From assembly GCA_036785375.1 (NCBI GenBank), contig JAWMAR010000136.1, positions 1,860,001 to 1,924,000 of the forward strand: a stretch of DNA of 64,000 nt, in the 5' to 3' direction. Origin of the DNA: Leucoraja ocellata. Taxonomy: Eukaryota. The notes under the pieces are model-generated. The model ran no database searches. It saw only the letters and a program-made list of their open reading frames with translations, and had not been told where the DNA came from. The position numbers were made by a program, and so were the translations under genes. This document shows positions 1 to 14,690 of the stretch, in pieces (positions within the stretch are counted from its first letter, which is position 1; every line of letters starts with the position of its first letter).

Positions 1-281
1 TAAAGGTGTAAAGTTTATAAAGAATCTCGGCTACATGTTTAGCAAAGATCCTAGAGTGATGCTTAAGTACAGCGGCTCAGAAATGGAGGTGGACTCAGCC
101 TATTGTTAAAATTTTGCTGTAGTTAGTTTTGCAATTTTATTGCACATTCGTGCAACTGGACTAACTGCACTGCAAAGCTGATTAGAGGTGTGAACAAACC
201 AGAAGGAGCCACCCACTTACCATGGCATCACCAATAAATACGCACACCAAACTTTGTAAATGTCATGAAGAAATTTTCCAT

Positions 282-287
282 TTTATT
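282..287 (-). promoter_or_regulatory. Distal polyadenylation signal candidate
   Basis: AATAAA on the minus strand, followed by GT-rich tttggtgtgcgtatttatt, at the end of a repeat-free, U-rich (minus sense) 3'UTR-like region. Confidence 0.5.
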
Positions 288-3200
288 TCGTACATTTTTC
301 AAAATTTATACACATCTCATTTCATACATTAGCAGTAACTATAATATAGCAGTCACAAGGGGGAGAAAGAAAGATACATAGATAAGTTGAATTTTCCTTA
401 GCTAACCTTAGCAATGAGTGAGATGCAGTAAATTGTCTTAAAAGATTACACTAGGTCAAAGACAGTGATGTATGTGAAAGTATGCAACATCCTTTTCGAA
501 ACCTGTTGCACAGAATTATCATAACACACCCAGTTTTTACTTCTCCATAGAAAGAACGACACAGCCACCAATCACGATCCACTTAACACAGAGTTGCCTA
601 AGCGGTACGATGCACAGAAGCAGCCACTGAAAATTGTCGCAGTCACATTCCCGAAACTGAGTGCATTATTAAAAAAATTAACTCGTGCAGCATCACAGGA
701 GCTGGTGCACCTCAGTGAAGGGCAATCCTTGTCACATTTTTTTTTTAAATTTTACATAGAGCAAGCCCCTTGGTGCTCCCCCCTATGAGAGTGATTGGTT
801 TTATATGAACATCCTGAGTTTTACAACAAAATAAAACACAATTAAGATAAAGGAAAGGATAAAAAGAACATCAGAAAATGACATATTTATTAGAAGGTTG
901 GTTATTGAATGGCAATTACACTGCATCCTCATTAAAACATATACTAACACAACTATGGTAGTATTAACAGCAGAACATCTGTCTCACGGGAAACAATGAA
1001 GCATTATTTTACAGAGGGGAGGTTTTGTATAGCATACGTCAGCAATCAGAAAACATTAGACTTTTTAGATACATTACAAGAAGACTGTCTCAAATCTCAG
1101 TAAAAATTCCACTGTATAACACAGGATCATTGTATTAATTTGTGCCCAATACAGAACTGCAATGACATTAATATAATATATAAAATATAACCACAATAGC
1201 AAATTTGGACAATTATATTGTGACACAATGGAATTTTGTTCAAAGACAGTATCGTAAAACACATCAGATTTGAGCTAATTTACCAGTGATATAAGTGAAT
1301 TTCAGTTTGAAAACCTAGCTTTCTGATTATGAAATTTAACATTTTGGTGATCTATCCATTGGCAATGGGAAGACTGCACAGCAAACAACTGTAAACCAAG
1401 TAGATGCAGCTGACATTATTGTAGATATAACTTCAGATACTGTTAGCAACATACTGCAATAATCCAACTATAAACATTTGCAGTTAAGAATATGACCATG
1501 ATTCCCTTCTGAACCTAGCTGTTGCAGTTAACCATATCAAAAAACATTGTAACAAAAGAACCCCTCATCTTAAGTAACTGAACATTGTTCTCTTGTGGTT
1601 ATATCTCATGTTAGCCGTAATAAAATGTGCACTGAAACCATTTTTCATTTAAAGCTTGTGTGACTTTTTCTTCAGGTTGAACAAGTTACATTTTAAATTA
1701 GCAGTCTTTGAGCAAGCTAACACATATCACCATATATAATCTTTAAAAATATCTATATTATAATTAGCATGCAATTAAAAAGTGTTAACTTTGAGTTTCG
1801 ATGATTAATCAGTTGTGATATGCTGCTGCTTTCACTCTCCTTGGGAACTCAAAAAATACATAGTATACACTACAAGTGATCTTCCCTGCTTGGGTAGCCA
1901 CTATCCTATGTACAGTGTAGATGGAAGTGCAGACATACAGCCATTGAGATGTGTAAAGAGGCAAGTACTGGAATGTGGATAGTAATTCTGCACTCGAAGG
2001 TATATCTTATTGCTTTAGATTCTAAATGATCAAAGGGGTCTTTGCATTCTGTTAATGTACCTTGCTTGTAAGTTGATCAGCAGTAGCTGATGAGGCGTGT
2101 TGTTCAACTTGTAAGAGGGAGGCAGGTCAGGAGATTACACGATGGTAGATGGATGGCCCCTATTGACCCTGGACTGGTGTCAGCTGAGATTGCAAAGAAA
2201 ATTCAAATCTACCCCTGCTGCCATGATTGATTTGACCGTCAATAACAGTTAGTCATGCTCTGAGATGAATGATAACCCCATGACAGTGTATTTTATCTTG
2301 TCCCATTTCCAGTATGTATGTCAGTTGCCACTTTCAGCGACACCAAGCATTCAGCGATGGGGTAAAGGCAGAGAGAAATTTAATCTACAGGCACGAGTGA
2401 TAAACAGGAGTAATAATATCAGTTACCAATTACATTTTGCTTTACAGCACCAAATTTAAGTGATTGATACTTTCAAACCTGTTTAGCACCAAACTCAATA
2501 CCCTTGGTGTTTTATGTGAAAAGTCATCCATTCTAACTGCTTAAACAAACTCTTAAAGTTACAAACAAAACAAACTCTTAAGATATAATGAGTCATCAAG
2601 GGTATGGGTGCCTTTTTTTTCTATATACCAGTTGCTAGTATAGCAGAATTGTGAGTTTTGTGGATTTTAAACTTATTTCAGAAGTAAAATTTATCGCTGA
2701 AGTCTTCTGATATGCAATTTAAACGCAAAGGCATTAATGCAGTGGGTAGTATAGGTTTGATGCCTAAACTTGAATGGAAGCTGAGTAAACATGCCAAAAC
2801 TCATCAAAGAATGATAGATCAACTTAAGTGGGGCTTCCACTTTTTAGAAACACAATATTAATCTACAACAAAATACTTGAAGAGCTGCAGATAAACGCAC
2901 AAATAAAACAATATAAGTATCTAAAAAAAAAGCATACTTCTTGGCTTTTATATATTCACTGACTGACATTAAATTTCTATCATTCTCAATGACACTCGTT
3001 CCAAATTTTAGGCAAGCAGAAAACTATTTAGTTAAATTTTCATCTAGCTACCTCCTTATTTATACCTAAAAACTGAGGCGCAGAGGAACAAAATCTCATG
3101 GAGAGTTGACCCATCTAGGTCATCTATTGTCCCATTCCCAACTCACCATTCAAATTGGTACATGTAAACAGGAATTAATGCAAATAAGTTTCAGTTGATA

Positions 3201-3859
3201 GGGTTAACACCAAAATATAATTTTCACCTCCATCAGAATTGCAAAGCAGATAATTTCAGAGGGAGCGAAAGGGAGTACTGGTCACAGAAGGAGAAATGTG
3301 TGTAGATCAGGTACTTTTCCCAACTGCAACTGGTTATATTCTTGAGATTCAAATACAAGGGGTCCTCGGGATGCGTGAGCATTTTGTTCCTGAGAACTGT
3401 CCATAAATTGAATTTTCTATGACAAAAACAAACAACTTCCCCCAAAATCGCAATATGAAATCTTTAACCTTCGGTATAGACTGGGCAAGTGATAGATCAG
3501 TACAGGTGGTAGGAATTGCTACCAGCCAGAGAACTGCCGCAGATGTTTGTCTGAATGCAGCCTGGGTTGTGATGGAGGGAGGAGCTGATCTGCTGATCAG
3601 CAAAAAAACTATCGGCAGGTTAATAAAGTTTGTATTCAAAAGAGATGGCTTGGGGTTCGGAATATTTGTTTTGCACCTGAATGAGTGTTTGGAGGGGGCA
3701 CTAGCTTTTGCAGTGGGTCATCTCTGCATTCTGTGTTCTGGTGAAGAGAATTTAAGTACTATATCCAAGGATTTGCCTAAAGTCGGATTTTCCGTAATCC
3801 AGCATTTGATATTCTTCCTGCACTTGCTGCAATACCACCCCCTGTCTCTAGGTTTTTTT

Positions 3860-4170
3860 TTAGTTTTAGAGCAGATCAGCACACCAAGTCTGCATTGACC
3901 AGCAATTCCCGCAGATTAACACACAACACACTGGGGGCAATTTACACTTATACAAAGTATGCAAACTGAATCCAATTAACCTATAAACTACAAACCTGTA
4001 CGTCCTTGTGGGTAGAATCCGAAGATCTCGGAGAAAACCCCATGCAATCTCAGGGAGAACGTACAAACTCTGTACAGACAGCACCTGTAGTCGGGATCGA
4101 ACCTGGGTCCTTGGCGCTGTAAGGCATAACTCTACTGCTGCGCCATCATGCTGCCCGCTGTGCCACCGTC
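3860..4170 (-). mobile_element. tRNA-derived V-SINE (HE1-like)
   Basis: Reverse complement of the same family, with B-box ggttcgatcc. Confidence 0.8.
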
Positions 4171-5242
4171 TCTGTACATTGTATTTCTTTCTCTCCTTCC
4201 TCTTATTGCTTGTGCCAAAAGGTCCATTAATTTTAGATGCCTTGTTGAATGCTTTGCCCCCTCAGTTGTCGAGCTGCCCAAGTGACCAAGCACATTGCCA
4301 GGAGTTCAATGCTTTTTAATATTCCCAACTTTCAATGAGGCCAACATCAGGTGGACAGAGAGAAAATGTTGCCTGCACTGCATCTGATAAACTGCTAGAA
4401 AAAACCTCCCCTACTTAGTTTCATGAGCTCAATGTTATTTCGACCCTCTCATTTCACCCAAGGTACCAATAATTTTGCTGTATAATAGTTGGAACACAGC
4501 TAAAGTAATACTTTAAAATAAAATCACAAATGAAACTTTAAAAAAATTCAATTTAATGTCTCCATCCTTAATTTTCTCATTACAGTCTTGTCTAACTCTT
4601 TTTCCGCTATTTTCACCATCAAAACAGCCTACAAAACCTATCGTTCCATTTGTATTATCTTCCAAAATGGGATAGCAATCTCTAAACAGGAAATTGCAAT
4701 GTAGTACTTAATAAACTCTCTCTCCATGAAACATTTAATTACATTACCACTCAACAGTGCAACTGAACACAAATTAATCTACTCTATTCTCATTATTGCT
4801 GGTGAGGTGATGTGTATTAGCACATAGATGAATTCCTCTGTTGTTTTGGAAGATTAAAATTGCAGAATTTACAGATGGTTCTTCAATTGAAGCTATCTAC
4901 TAACGTGTCTGAGAGCACTTTTTTGTGAATGCTTCTCTGTGACAGTGAACGGATGTCTTTAGGAAATATTACTCTTCATGACTTAGTGGGCACATAGTCT
5001 TTGACATGCAGTTTATAATCAAAATGTATGCAACGCTTGCAAACCTCAAGACTGGAGTTTCTTTATGTACAATGTGCAACAAAAGAGCAAACATGTGCAT
5101 TCACCATTTTGCTGTGAAATCTGTGGTGTTTTTAGCTTCAACGCCCTTCATAACAAAAAAACAAAATTGACCAAAAATATGCTCAAAAAGATGAGGGGGA
5201 ATGGCTTTCATGCCTCAAGCAGGACCTGTGTGTTTCCTAAAA

Positions 5243-5365
5243 AAGACACAAAGTGCTGGAGTAACACAGCGGGTCGGACAGAATCTCTGGAAAACATGGA
5301 TAGGTGACGTTTCAGGTCACAACCCAAAATGTCACCCAGCCATTTTCTCCTGAGATATTGCCTAA
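5243..5365. mobile_element. PLE-derived repeat, inverted arms
   Basis: Family body with head-to-head arms around ggtgacgtttc...aaatgtcacc. Confidence 0.6.
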
Positions 5366-7625
5366 CACGATTAATTACCGCAACAGTCATAGAATATTGA
5401 ACAGTACAGACAGGAACAGTTCGTTCAACCAACCATTATGGCAATCCAACTGATCCCATCTACGGTATATGCATACTGTCTGTATTCCTCTATTCCCTGC
5501 CTGTTCGTGTATTTGTCTGAATGGCTCTTAGATAATGCTATCATATCTGCTTTTATCACCTCTCCAGGTAGTGTGTACAGGCATCTACCACTCTCTGTGT
5601 AAAAAAATGTTGCCTCACAAAACAGACATGTAAAGAAGAATAGCATGCCTTAGTGATCAGGCCAATTTCCTAACCTACACAATTTCACCCGAAAATGATA
5701 GCTCATGCAAACTACCCTTGGTTATGCATGATTTTATGTATGATTTGCTCACGAAAAATGGGCAAGAGGGAACCTATTTCAAACAGTACTTTGTAAACCT
5801 ATTTATGATACCTGCACAAAAATGTCTCTGATGTCCCATTTCTGTCACAGTCATACAGCATGGAAACAGGCACTTCGGCCCAACTTGTCCATGCCAACCA
5901 AGATGCCCTACCTAAACTCATCCCATTCGCCTACATTTGCCTCATATCCCTCTAAACCTTTCCTATCCCAATTATTGTCACAATTGATGTCACAATTATT
6001 GATTAAGCAAAAATCAAGATTTGTAAAACTAATTCCAAAATCAAAGTATAATTTCTCTCAAAGTATTTATTTGCATATGTGTTAATTAGTTGTGGTGGAA
6101 TTACTTCTGGTGTGGATAATGTGAAATTAAATAATTAGCACTATTAAATCGGTGAGATTGCAGGTCCTTTGCTTTGTGTTCTGTCTTGCACTTCAAGTCT
6201 GCTCTGCAAATAATCTAAGGCAGCACCAAGCCAAGTGCAGATGACTCATAACAATCTCCCACAGTCATAGTCAACATACGTTGATTTGAATTTGTTCTGA
6301 CACCATTTGGACACTTGATTTAATTCATGGTTAAAACAAACACCAACTAAAGCCTCTATTCAGCACGAGCAGCAAATAAATAACAGAGACCAAAATTTGA
6401 ATGAAGTAATCCTTTCTGCTCTTCTGTTTTAAATTGTACTTCCTTGTCACATCTGTAGAACTGCATCAAAGGCAAGTATATTTCTGCAAGCAACCGAATC
6501 CATTGCAGAAATGAAGTAAAATCATAGACTTTGTGTATTGGGAGTGGGGAACTGCTTCAAAGAGGGCAATTCACTATCAGCCAGACAAGAGTCATACAGC
6601 ATGAAAACAGGTTGGTCGGGCCAACTTGCCCACACCCACAAGAGGACCAAAGACGGACGGTATATACCAGCATCTGCAGTTCCTTTCTGCACGAAGAAAG
6701 ATTGTGCTGGAAATACCCAGCAGGTTAAACTGCAGCTCTGGACAGAAAAAAAAGAGTTAAATATTTCAGGTCAATGACCCTTGATAGTGTTTTCTCTCCA
6801 CAGATGCGGAATATTACAGTGCATTGCATCTTTAATTTTAGTTCCAACAACTGCAGAGCTTTGATTTTCAGTTAATTCCCAAAACTTTGGGCAGACTTAA
6901 TATTCCAGTGATATAACATGCTGAAACTCCATTTCCTAGCTCATGTCAGTGTTTCCACAAGCAGAACGGTAATGCAACAATCGATTTGCTCAAATGATAT
7001 TCAAAACGGAGGTGACGATGAAATACAATGAGTCAATGCCTACAAAATACATCTGATGCATATCTCTACATTCTAAAAATCACTTCTCCACCTTCAGGGT
7101 GATGACTGAGAAAGAAAACCACAAGAACTGCCTGGCTGAGAGAGTTGAGGACCAAACAATGTAGTTTACAGCTAGAGATGTATTTTATTTTACATGGTCA
7201 TTGTTGTAGAGTCGTGGAATGATAGAGCAAGGAAGCGGGACCTGTGGCCCAACAAGTCCGCGCTGAACATCAACTGTGCATTGATATTAATCCTACATTT
7301 ATCCCATTTTACTTCCACTAGATTCTACCACTCCCCAACACATTAGGGGCAATTAACGACCTATGCGACTTTGGGTGGAGGGGGGAAACTGGAGCACTGT
7401 AGGAATTCCACATGGGCACAAGCGAACGTGTTGCTCAATGCAGACATACATTGTTGGAATTCCTCTGAATTACACCATTGAGATAAAGACCAGATAATAT
7501 TTCACCTTCCATGCTTTCAATTAAGGATAGAATGGCTCTTCTTCAAAATAATAGGGAGACAGGGGTCATGTTGTAATATTTCATCTGAAAGATAACTATA
7601 ATACACCAAAGCATTTTTGGAGCTT

Positions 7626-7778
7626 GCAGCATCTCTGAATAGAAGGAATGGGTGACAGGGTCACTCAAAACAGTCACCCATTCCTTCACTCCAGAGATGC
7701 TGCTTGTCCCACTGAGTTACTCCTGCATTCTATGTTTGTCTTCAGTGTAAACCAGCATCTGCAGTTCCTTCGTACACA
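7626..7778. mobile_element. Hairpin-form PLE-derived repeat
   Basis: GCAGCATCTCTGAATAGAAGGAATGGGTGAC...GTCACCCATTCCTTCACTCCAGAGATGCTGC inverted arms, followed by the family tail. Confidence 0.7.
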
Positions 7779-8137
7779 AAGCACTCCTGGTTCTACACTG
7801 CAATCACTCTCAATTTCTGTGTTCAGGTCTTTGCAGTAGAACTTGAATATAAATATTACCTGAGCCAGACTTAAGTGTGCGACCAATTCATCCTTTGATG
7901 GCATCAGCCATGACACACAGGGAGGGGGATTGGTGACGTAATTCATGATTAAATATGCTTTTTGTGAAGGAAATTGGATATAAATCATCATGGAGTTCAG
8001 AAAAAGTCATAAGCAATAGATATAACTAAAAATGTCTTAATAATCCTTGCCATTTGTTACTTCCGTCTACCTGTCCAATACAACATATAATGTCTTCAAG
8101 ATGATTACTTTGTTATTGCTACATTTCTGCATACCAA

Positions 8138-8290
8138 TAGACAATAGGTGCAGGAGTAGGCCCTTCAAGCCAGCAACGCCATTCACTGTGATCATGGCTG
8201 ATCATCCACAATCAGTATCCCATTCCTGCCTTCTCCCCATATCCCTTGACTCCACTATCTTTAAGAGCTCTATCTAACTCTCTCTTGAAA
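8138..8290 (-). mobile_element. CR1-type 3' tail
   Basis: Reverse complement of the 36570-type tail. Confidence 0.65.
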
Positions 8291-8601
8291 CTGTCCTCTG
8301 CACTATTTATTATCCAGAATGCAATCCATTCCCATAAACTATAGTTTATCCTCTCTGCCTTCTGTATTTATTTTGTATTGAGTGGGGCTATATATTTTTT
8401 GGTTGTTGTAACCCATCCTCAAAGACCTACTTAGAAAACTCAGCTTTTTAAAATATTCTAGAAATTAAACTTTTCTTCAGTTTTATATATATTATCATTT
8501 TAGACATCCATTTTGATTAAGAATTTGGAGATTGTGGACAAGCTATTGACTAATCACATTTGTTTGTGGATATGTGAGAATATATACCAATCAATGAAGT
8601 G

Positions 8602-8825
8602 ATGGCCTGTCCCACTTACGCGACCTTTACAGGCGACTGTCGGCACCCGTCATACGTCGCCAAAATTTTCAACATATGATTGTGAGAGGTCTCCTATGGT
8701 CGTGAGAGGTCTCCAAAGAGTCGTCTTTCTGGTCCCCACTGAATTTTCAACATGTTGAAAAATTCGGCGATCTATCACGGGTGCCGGCAGTCGCCAGTAA
8801 AGGTCGCTTAAGTGGGACATGCCCT
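8602..8825. mobile_element. MITE with long terminal inverted repeats (PIF/Harbinger-like termini)
   Basis: GGCCTGTCCCACTTACGCGACCTTTACAGGCGACTGTCGGCACCCGT pairs with ACGGGTGCCGGCAGTCGCCAGTAAAGGTCGCTTAAGTGGGACATGCC. The superfamily assignment is tentative. Confidence 0.75.
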
Positions 8826-10352
8826 TTAGGATAAAAATAGGATAAAAATAAATCTAGAGGAGCAAAAATAGAGATGACTGTGACCGAGTTTAAAAAATGC
8901 AGCTATTAGCAATGTTATTACTAATTCTTGGCAGATATCAAAAGTCGATGAATTTACCTAAGGGTTTCACTTGTCAATATCATTGTCAAATATTAGTAAT
9001 TCAGAAAGAATCTGAAGCCAAATACAAAATAAATGTAGTTCTAACCAAATTGAAATATATGGTCACATTTCCTGGTGTATTAAATGGACTATGATTGCAT
9101 CATAGCTAGTAGCACCACAATGACATTATCAATTCTATGGCTGATATTGAAAATTGATCTTGACACGAATGAACAAAAATACTTTGATTTCACTGTACAT
9201 CACCAAGATCCTGAAGAATGATGATGGCAACAAGCTTTCCTCTAGAATAACATGATGATTATAAACTTTCCCAGGTTTAAACTCCATTTGGGGAGATTGT
9301 AATTGTTACCTGGTGATCACTTCCACCTATGTCTCCTGATCCCGCTTTCTGGAATATGCAGCTGTAGGATTAAGGGCTCACCCCAGAGATGTGATGAAAT
9401 GGATCTGTAACAAAATGCAAGGGTCAATCTCTCATTCCTCTTACAGTGGTGATGCCAGGTCTTGAGGCAAGTGTTTAGCATTGTTTTCTATGGAATATCA
9501 GTTGATGTTATAGTCTGGCCTTATTATCTGTTCAGTTGTTTTTATGTGCCACAATTTATTGTTGGATATCCAGATTAAAGTGGGAGGGAGATTCTATTTT
9601 ATTTGTTACCTTTTATTAACCATGATCAAAATGCCTGGAGATTTGACCCTTGCTGTTCAAAAATGCTCACGGCACTTTGTAGGTTTGTTAAGAGCATAGG
9701 AATGATTTAAAATAAAGCTTGAACTTTTAGAACAGGAGCTGATTCAACTGTCGCTTGAGCATGTATGTGGCTCTTTACATCCTCACTATGTTTTGTGATT
9801 CACCTCAGCTGACTGCTTTGCAAGTTCATTGCATGTGAATCAGAGTTTACACATGAGCAAATGTAACAACTAATCTAGTGATGCCGGCCATGTGCTATAG
9901 ACTGCATGAAGAGCACATTTAATAGCTAACAAGAATGGGCTCAGTACTTAGAATTCTTTATGTTTGAGTTATAGTATAGTGAAGTCTTCTTGCAAAGGGA
10001 TACAGATATTATTAATTCAAAAAAATGGATTTACCTGAGAGAATATCTCAAACCAATCAATCTGCAAATTGGGTCCAGAGGATATTTTCAGCTTGATATT
10101 ATTTTAGTTACAGGTTTGTTCTATGGATAGGTGGAATTAATACCTGGAAGTAGATTTAAGAAAACTTATGGAAGGGTCTTTATCTATTTCACAACAGCCT
10201 CTACTGAGTGTTCGTGTAGGTCTTTATGACAATTGAGAGCATCAGCATTTAAAAACTGCATCAAGATAGAGAGCCGGTATGCATTCTTATAAAGTTCACC
10301 ATCTGACAGGTGCACATATATATTGCTCAGCCAGACAGATGTACAATCACTG

Positions 10353-10600
10353 TGGGTGGCCGAGCAGCACAGGGGTAGAGTTGCTGCCTTACAGCGCCAG
10401 AGACCCAGGTCCCATCTTGACTATGGGTGCTGCCTGTACGGAGTTTGTCTCTTCTCCCTGTGACCACGTGGGTTTCCTCCGGGTGCTCCGGCTTCTTCCC
10501 ACTTTCCGAAAATGTGCTTCGGTAAATTGCCCCCAGAGTCAACGTGGACTCGTTGGGCCGAGGAGCCTGTTTCCACGCTGTATCTCTAAACTAATCTTAA
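10353..10600 (+). mobile_element. tRNA-derived V-SINE (HE1-like)
   Basis: tRNA-like head, V-domain gggtttcctccgggtgctccgg and CR1-shared tail cctgtttccacgctgtatctctaaa. Confidence 0.8.
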
Positions 10601-11607
10601 CTAAACATTCAGACATTCTGTTGATGAGATGCAAAATGTATTGCAGCAGTCCTGTCAAAGTCCCAGCCACAGTATACATTTTTTACAAAGCATGTGATAT
10701 GAACTGTTCCATTTCAGGCATTAACTAAATCAAGTCTATGAAAGTCTTTTATCAGTGTATTCAACACCACAGGGAGTTTTATTGCATTAAGCCTGCCGGT
10801 TGTTCATCTGTCCTTAGGCAGTGAACTGCTTGATGCTCAGCAGCATCCTATCCAGTTTTTGACCAGCCTGCAGTTATGGGTGAATATCCATACCATTTTC
10901 TTAACCTGCATGCTGTATCATCAACAGAGAGACTCAGAAACTCCGAGGGAATTTATCCTCATTATCATTGCACAACCATTCCCTAAATCAGTAAACATCA
11001 AAAAGGTTGTCCGTGGTGTAGAAGATGCATCCAGCTTGTAAATGAGCACAAGAAAACAAAATAAAATGAGCAGTACAGTGAATGTCAATGTTTGGAATCT
11101 GAACAAAAATGTTAGAATTCCAACTACATACCAGCGAGATATTTCTACTATTGCCAAGGTTTCCCATGCTGCCATTTTGCAACTGACATAGCTTCACTTA
11201 GACTGGCCCAGAATTTAAATGTGCCTACTTTGAATTTAGGATCGAGTCTTTCCGAACTTGTATGTTTCTATAGATACCAATGCGCATTTAAAATGTGATC
11301 TATGTACATTTTCTTTCAGCCAGCCAAATCATGCTTCCCATTACATAAAGTTCAAAGGGGCATCTTGAAGTTTGGATAAACTTTACAGTGTTTATGATGT
11401 CACCGCAATCTCAAAGCAGAGCGATTCTTTACCTGATTGTAAGCTGCAGCTCTCAATATCTTGATCAACAATTTGTTTTGAGAATCATCTCTAAGGAATC
11501 TGGAGGTGAAATTGTGGTTCTGAATTAGTGAGAGGCAAACTAGAGAAATATATGAGGGCCAATCATCTGAATTTGGGTGATATCCATGGCCCTTTCTGAT
11601 TCTTTGC

Positions 11608-11810
11608 ACATAGAGTCACACAGCATGGAAACAGGCTCTTCAGCCCAACTCGTCCATGCCAACTATGATGTCCCATCTACGCTAGCCCCTTTGGCCTGCA
11701 TTTGGTCTACATCCCTCTAAACCTTGCCTACTACAAAACTGTCCAAATATTGTTACAGTACCTGCCGTAACTTCCTCGTCTGGCAGTTCATTCCATATAC
11801 TCAGCACCTA
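11608..11810 (-). mobile_element. CR1 3' fragment
   Basis: cagcatggaaacaggc tail and following CR1 sequence. Confidence 0.7.
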
Positions 11811-14094
11811 TTAAGTAAAAATGGACAGTGAGTCTCTCTAAAGTTCAAGTGAATCTCTCTGTGCCTTTACTCAAGTTTTACTTCAAGTCTACATTGGCCC
11901 ATTCTCTAATTTCCTTGCATAGCTAAGAGAGCACCTGGCCCCACCCATCCGTTCCCAATGGAGAGTCCAACAAGGAAATGACCCCAACTGGAATACCCCG
12001 TCATGTATGTGGGTATCATGGGAGTGAGCTAAAAAACACACTCACTGTTCCAGGAATAAGACAAAGGAATACTTTTAATTTCAAGTACCTGACCTGACTA
12101 CCACCCATTCTGGGGAGGTAGGTTGCACTAAGATATTCAATGGCAAGTTGGTTGCCAGTAATTATTGTGTTATTGGAAAAATGGGGCGAGTCCATGTTGC
12201 TTAAACTTTCCTTGTGCGATCTACACAATGTTGTTGTTCCTCCTTAACCCACAAGGAAAAGAAGTGTCTAATGTAATCATGTCTTTGGGCCCTACACATT
12301 TGGTGGTAGAGTTATAGAAACTTCATGTGCAGTTAAAAGCTGGTTCTGGTGGTATCACCGAAACCAACACCGTATGTTAAGAAGGACCCACCATCAATGG
12401 CCGGTCATTTTGGCTGCCTAATCAGTTTGCTGGCACTTTCAAGACAAACAAATACCTTGCTTGACCCACACACTAAAGTGAGAGATTGTATTCGCCAAAC
12501 TGCACCTCATGCATGGAAGAACTGCCTGAAAAATGATTAAATTACAGTATTTTTAGAAATAATATTTGTGTCCAAAGACTATTTTAAACGTCCATGTAGC
12601 CATGTCAAGTGGTCATTGAAATATTTGGCCATTCTATTAATAAAAAAGACCAAGATTTCCATTGTCCAACTGAAGATTCGTTTTACAGAGTTTCTGCACA
12701 CTGATACCCATCTCCTTCATCCCCCACAATAGTTTTCACTCCTCCTCTGCAGAAGGTTCATAAGCTATCCTGTGGTACATCTCCACCAGTACAAGAACCG
12801 CTATCCCTGATCGGCACAGAGGCAATTTTTAAGCAAATTAATCTATGAAGGAACTTCCAAGATACTTTGATTCTGTAGTTACAACGTACAAATTTGGTGG
12901 AGAGGTTCCTGCATAAAAATGATGTTTCCCTCTCAATTGTATTGAGTCAAATTGCTGCCCTGGCTAAGGTTGGACAAAAAAGCAGAGACTAAGGCATGTC
13001 TGACCTTCTGGCCCGGAGGCACATTGAAGTACAAGGATGAGAATAAAAGCCTTCAGTGCGATAAAGATACGGACGTCTAAATGAATATATGAAAGATGAG
13101 AAGTAATGCTGTGATATGTCGCCATGCTGTTGAATTTTGGTTGAAAGAATGAGGTAATATAAATTAGAGGTCACTGTTTGGAAAGGGGTATAAGACTAGA
13201 GAGTCCTGGACAATATCGGTATAGTTTACTGCGTGTGCAGGGCAATTCGTGAAAGTGCTTCAAAAGCAAAGGGGACCTCGACTCTATAAATAGCGGGATA
13301 GCATGTGAGTGCGACATAATCAGGTGTCATCTTGGACCTTTATAAAACAGAGAACAAGCCACAACTGGTTGTGGGTGCTACTAGTCATTAAGATGTAAAG
13401 GATTTAGAGTGTGCAGAGGAAATGTATTAAGCTGATTCCAGGGATGTGAGACTTAGCTGTGTGGCTGGACTGGGGCTGCTACATATGGAACTGACAATGT
13501 TTCAGGAGGATTTTGTTAAAGGTAGTTAAAATCATAAAGGGCACATGTGGGCACAGGAGGAGAGAAACAGATCAAGAACCAAGGGACAGAGAATGGAGAT
13601 GATCAGCAGGGTCTATAATGCATTGCACCACAAGCAGTGGAGACAATAGTAGCATTTAAGAAGCTGGGTAGGTATCCGAGTGGAAATAATTTGTAGGCCT
13701 GTGGAGCAAAGGTAGGCCTATGCACTTGACCACAATTCCTCTTGCATAGAAGCAATCTGTGGTGTAAGCATTCTATGAAGTTGGCACTTTTATCATTTTC
13801 TGTATAACTTATTCATGACTAAAGTTTCAGAATAGGTGTTAGCAGCCAGCCAATGCACTTCAGCAAAGTACAAAATATAAAGTTTTCATTTAATTGGTTT
13901 GATTATGGACCCCAACTATCTCACTGATACATCAGTTTGGGATTGTTAAACCCAAGGATATCTCCACTACTGCTGCAGTGGTGGAGAAAAAACAGGTTAA
14001 TTTTTTTGCCGAGTATGCTTATAACTAAAACAATAACTAAGTAAGCTTAGTTTTTCCTTCTCAGTGAGATCTTGTTTGCTGTTCCAAGTAAAAC

Positions 14095-14690
14095 TGAGGA
14101 TAAACCTCTACTAGATCGGAGCATGCCATCTGGAAAGAAAAATACAACATCCATCCAGCTAAATGCCAAATAATTGAAGCTGTTCTCTCGTTCTAATGTA
14201 CGTAAAGAATTTGGCAATATTTAGAGTTGTAATTAGTCTTCTTATGCTTGCATGTAAATTTAAAGACCCTTGATGAAAGCAGTTCTGGAAATGACCAATA
14301 ATGATAATTAAATATTTATTCTCGATAAAAGCAAGGAGCCTTGCATGACCTTGAAACTTCAAAACTATAGTTGGTAGGGTGTGGATTGAAAAGTGTCGTA
14401 TTTGAGAAACTACTCAAATGACATCGCTCCTCAAAGAACATTATACAAAAAATGTGGGGAATTTACAGCTACTGAAACTATGTCAACAACAAGAGCATAA
14501 CAAGTTCTATAAAAGGTATTTATGTTCTGATATAAAGATAGTTACTTCCTGCATTATCCCTAACATCTATTCATCACTTCAATCTCACATCTGTCCCAAT
14601 GAGTAGGGATTTTTGAACCACCTTTTTGCAAAATGTATTTCATCGTGTCACAACAGGCATTGTGGAGGCAAGGAAAATATCATGCATTAG
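14095..14690 (+). repeat. ~600-bp direct duplication, copy 1
   Basis: Aligns end to end with 15376-15982, with scattered substitutions and small indels. Confidence 0.95.

Noticed and set aside
3518-3610. Possible minus-strand terminal exon DQLLPPSQPRLHSDKHLRQFSGW*
   Set aside because: The acceptor is ambiguous, with several AGs, and there is no homology support.
3419-3898. 159-aa plus ORF
   Set aside because: No recognisable domain; it is antisense to the inferred gene and runs into a SINE tail.
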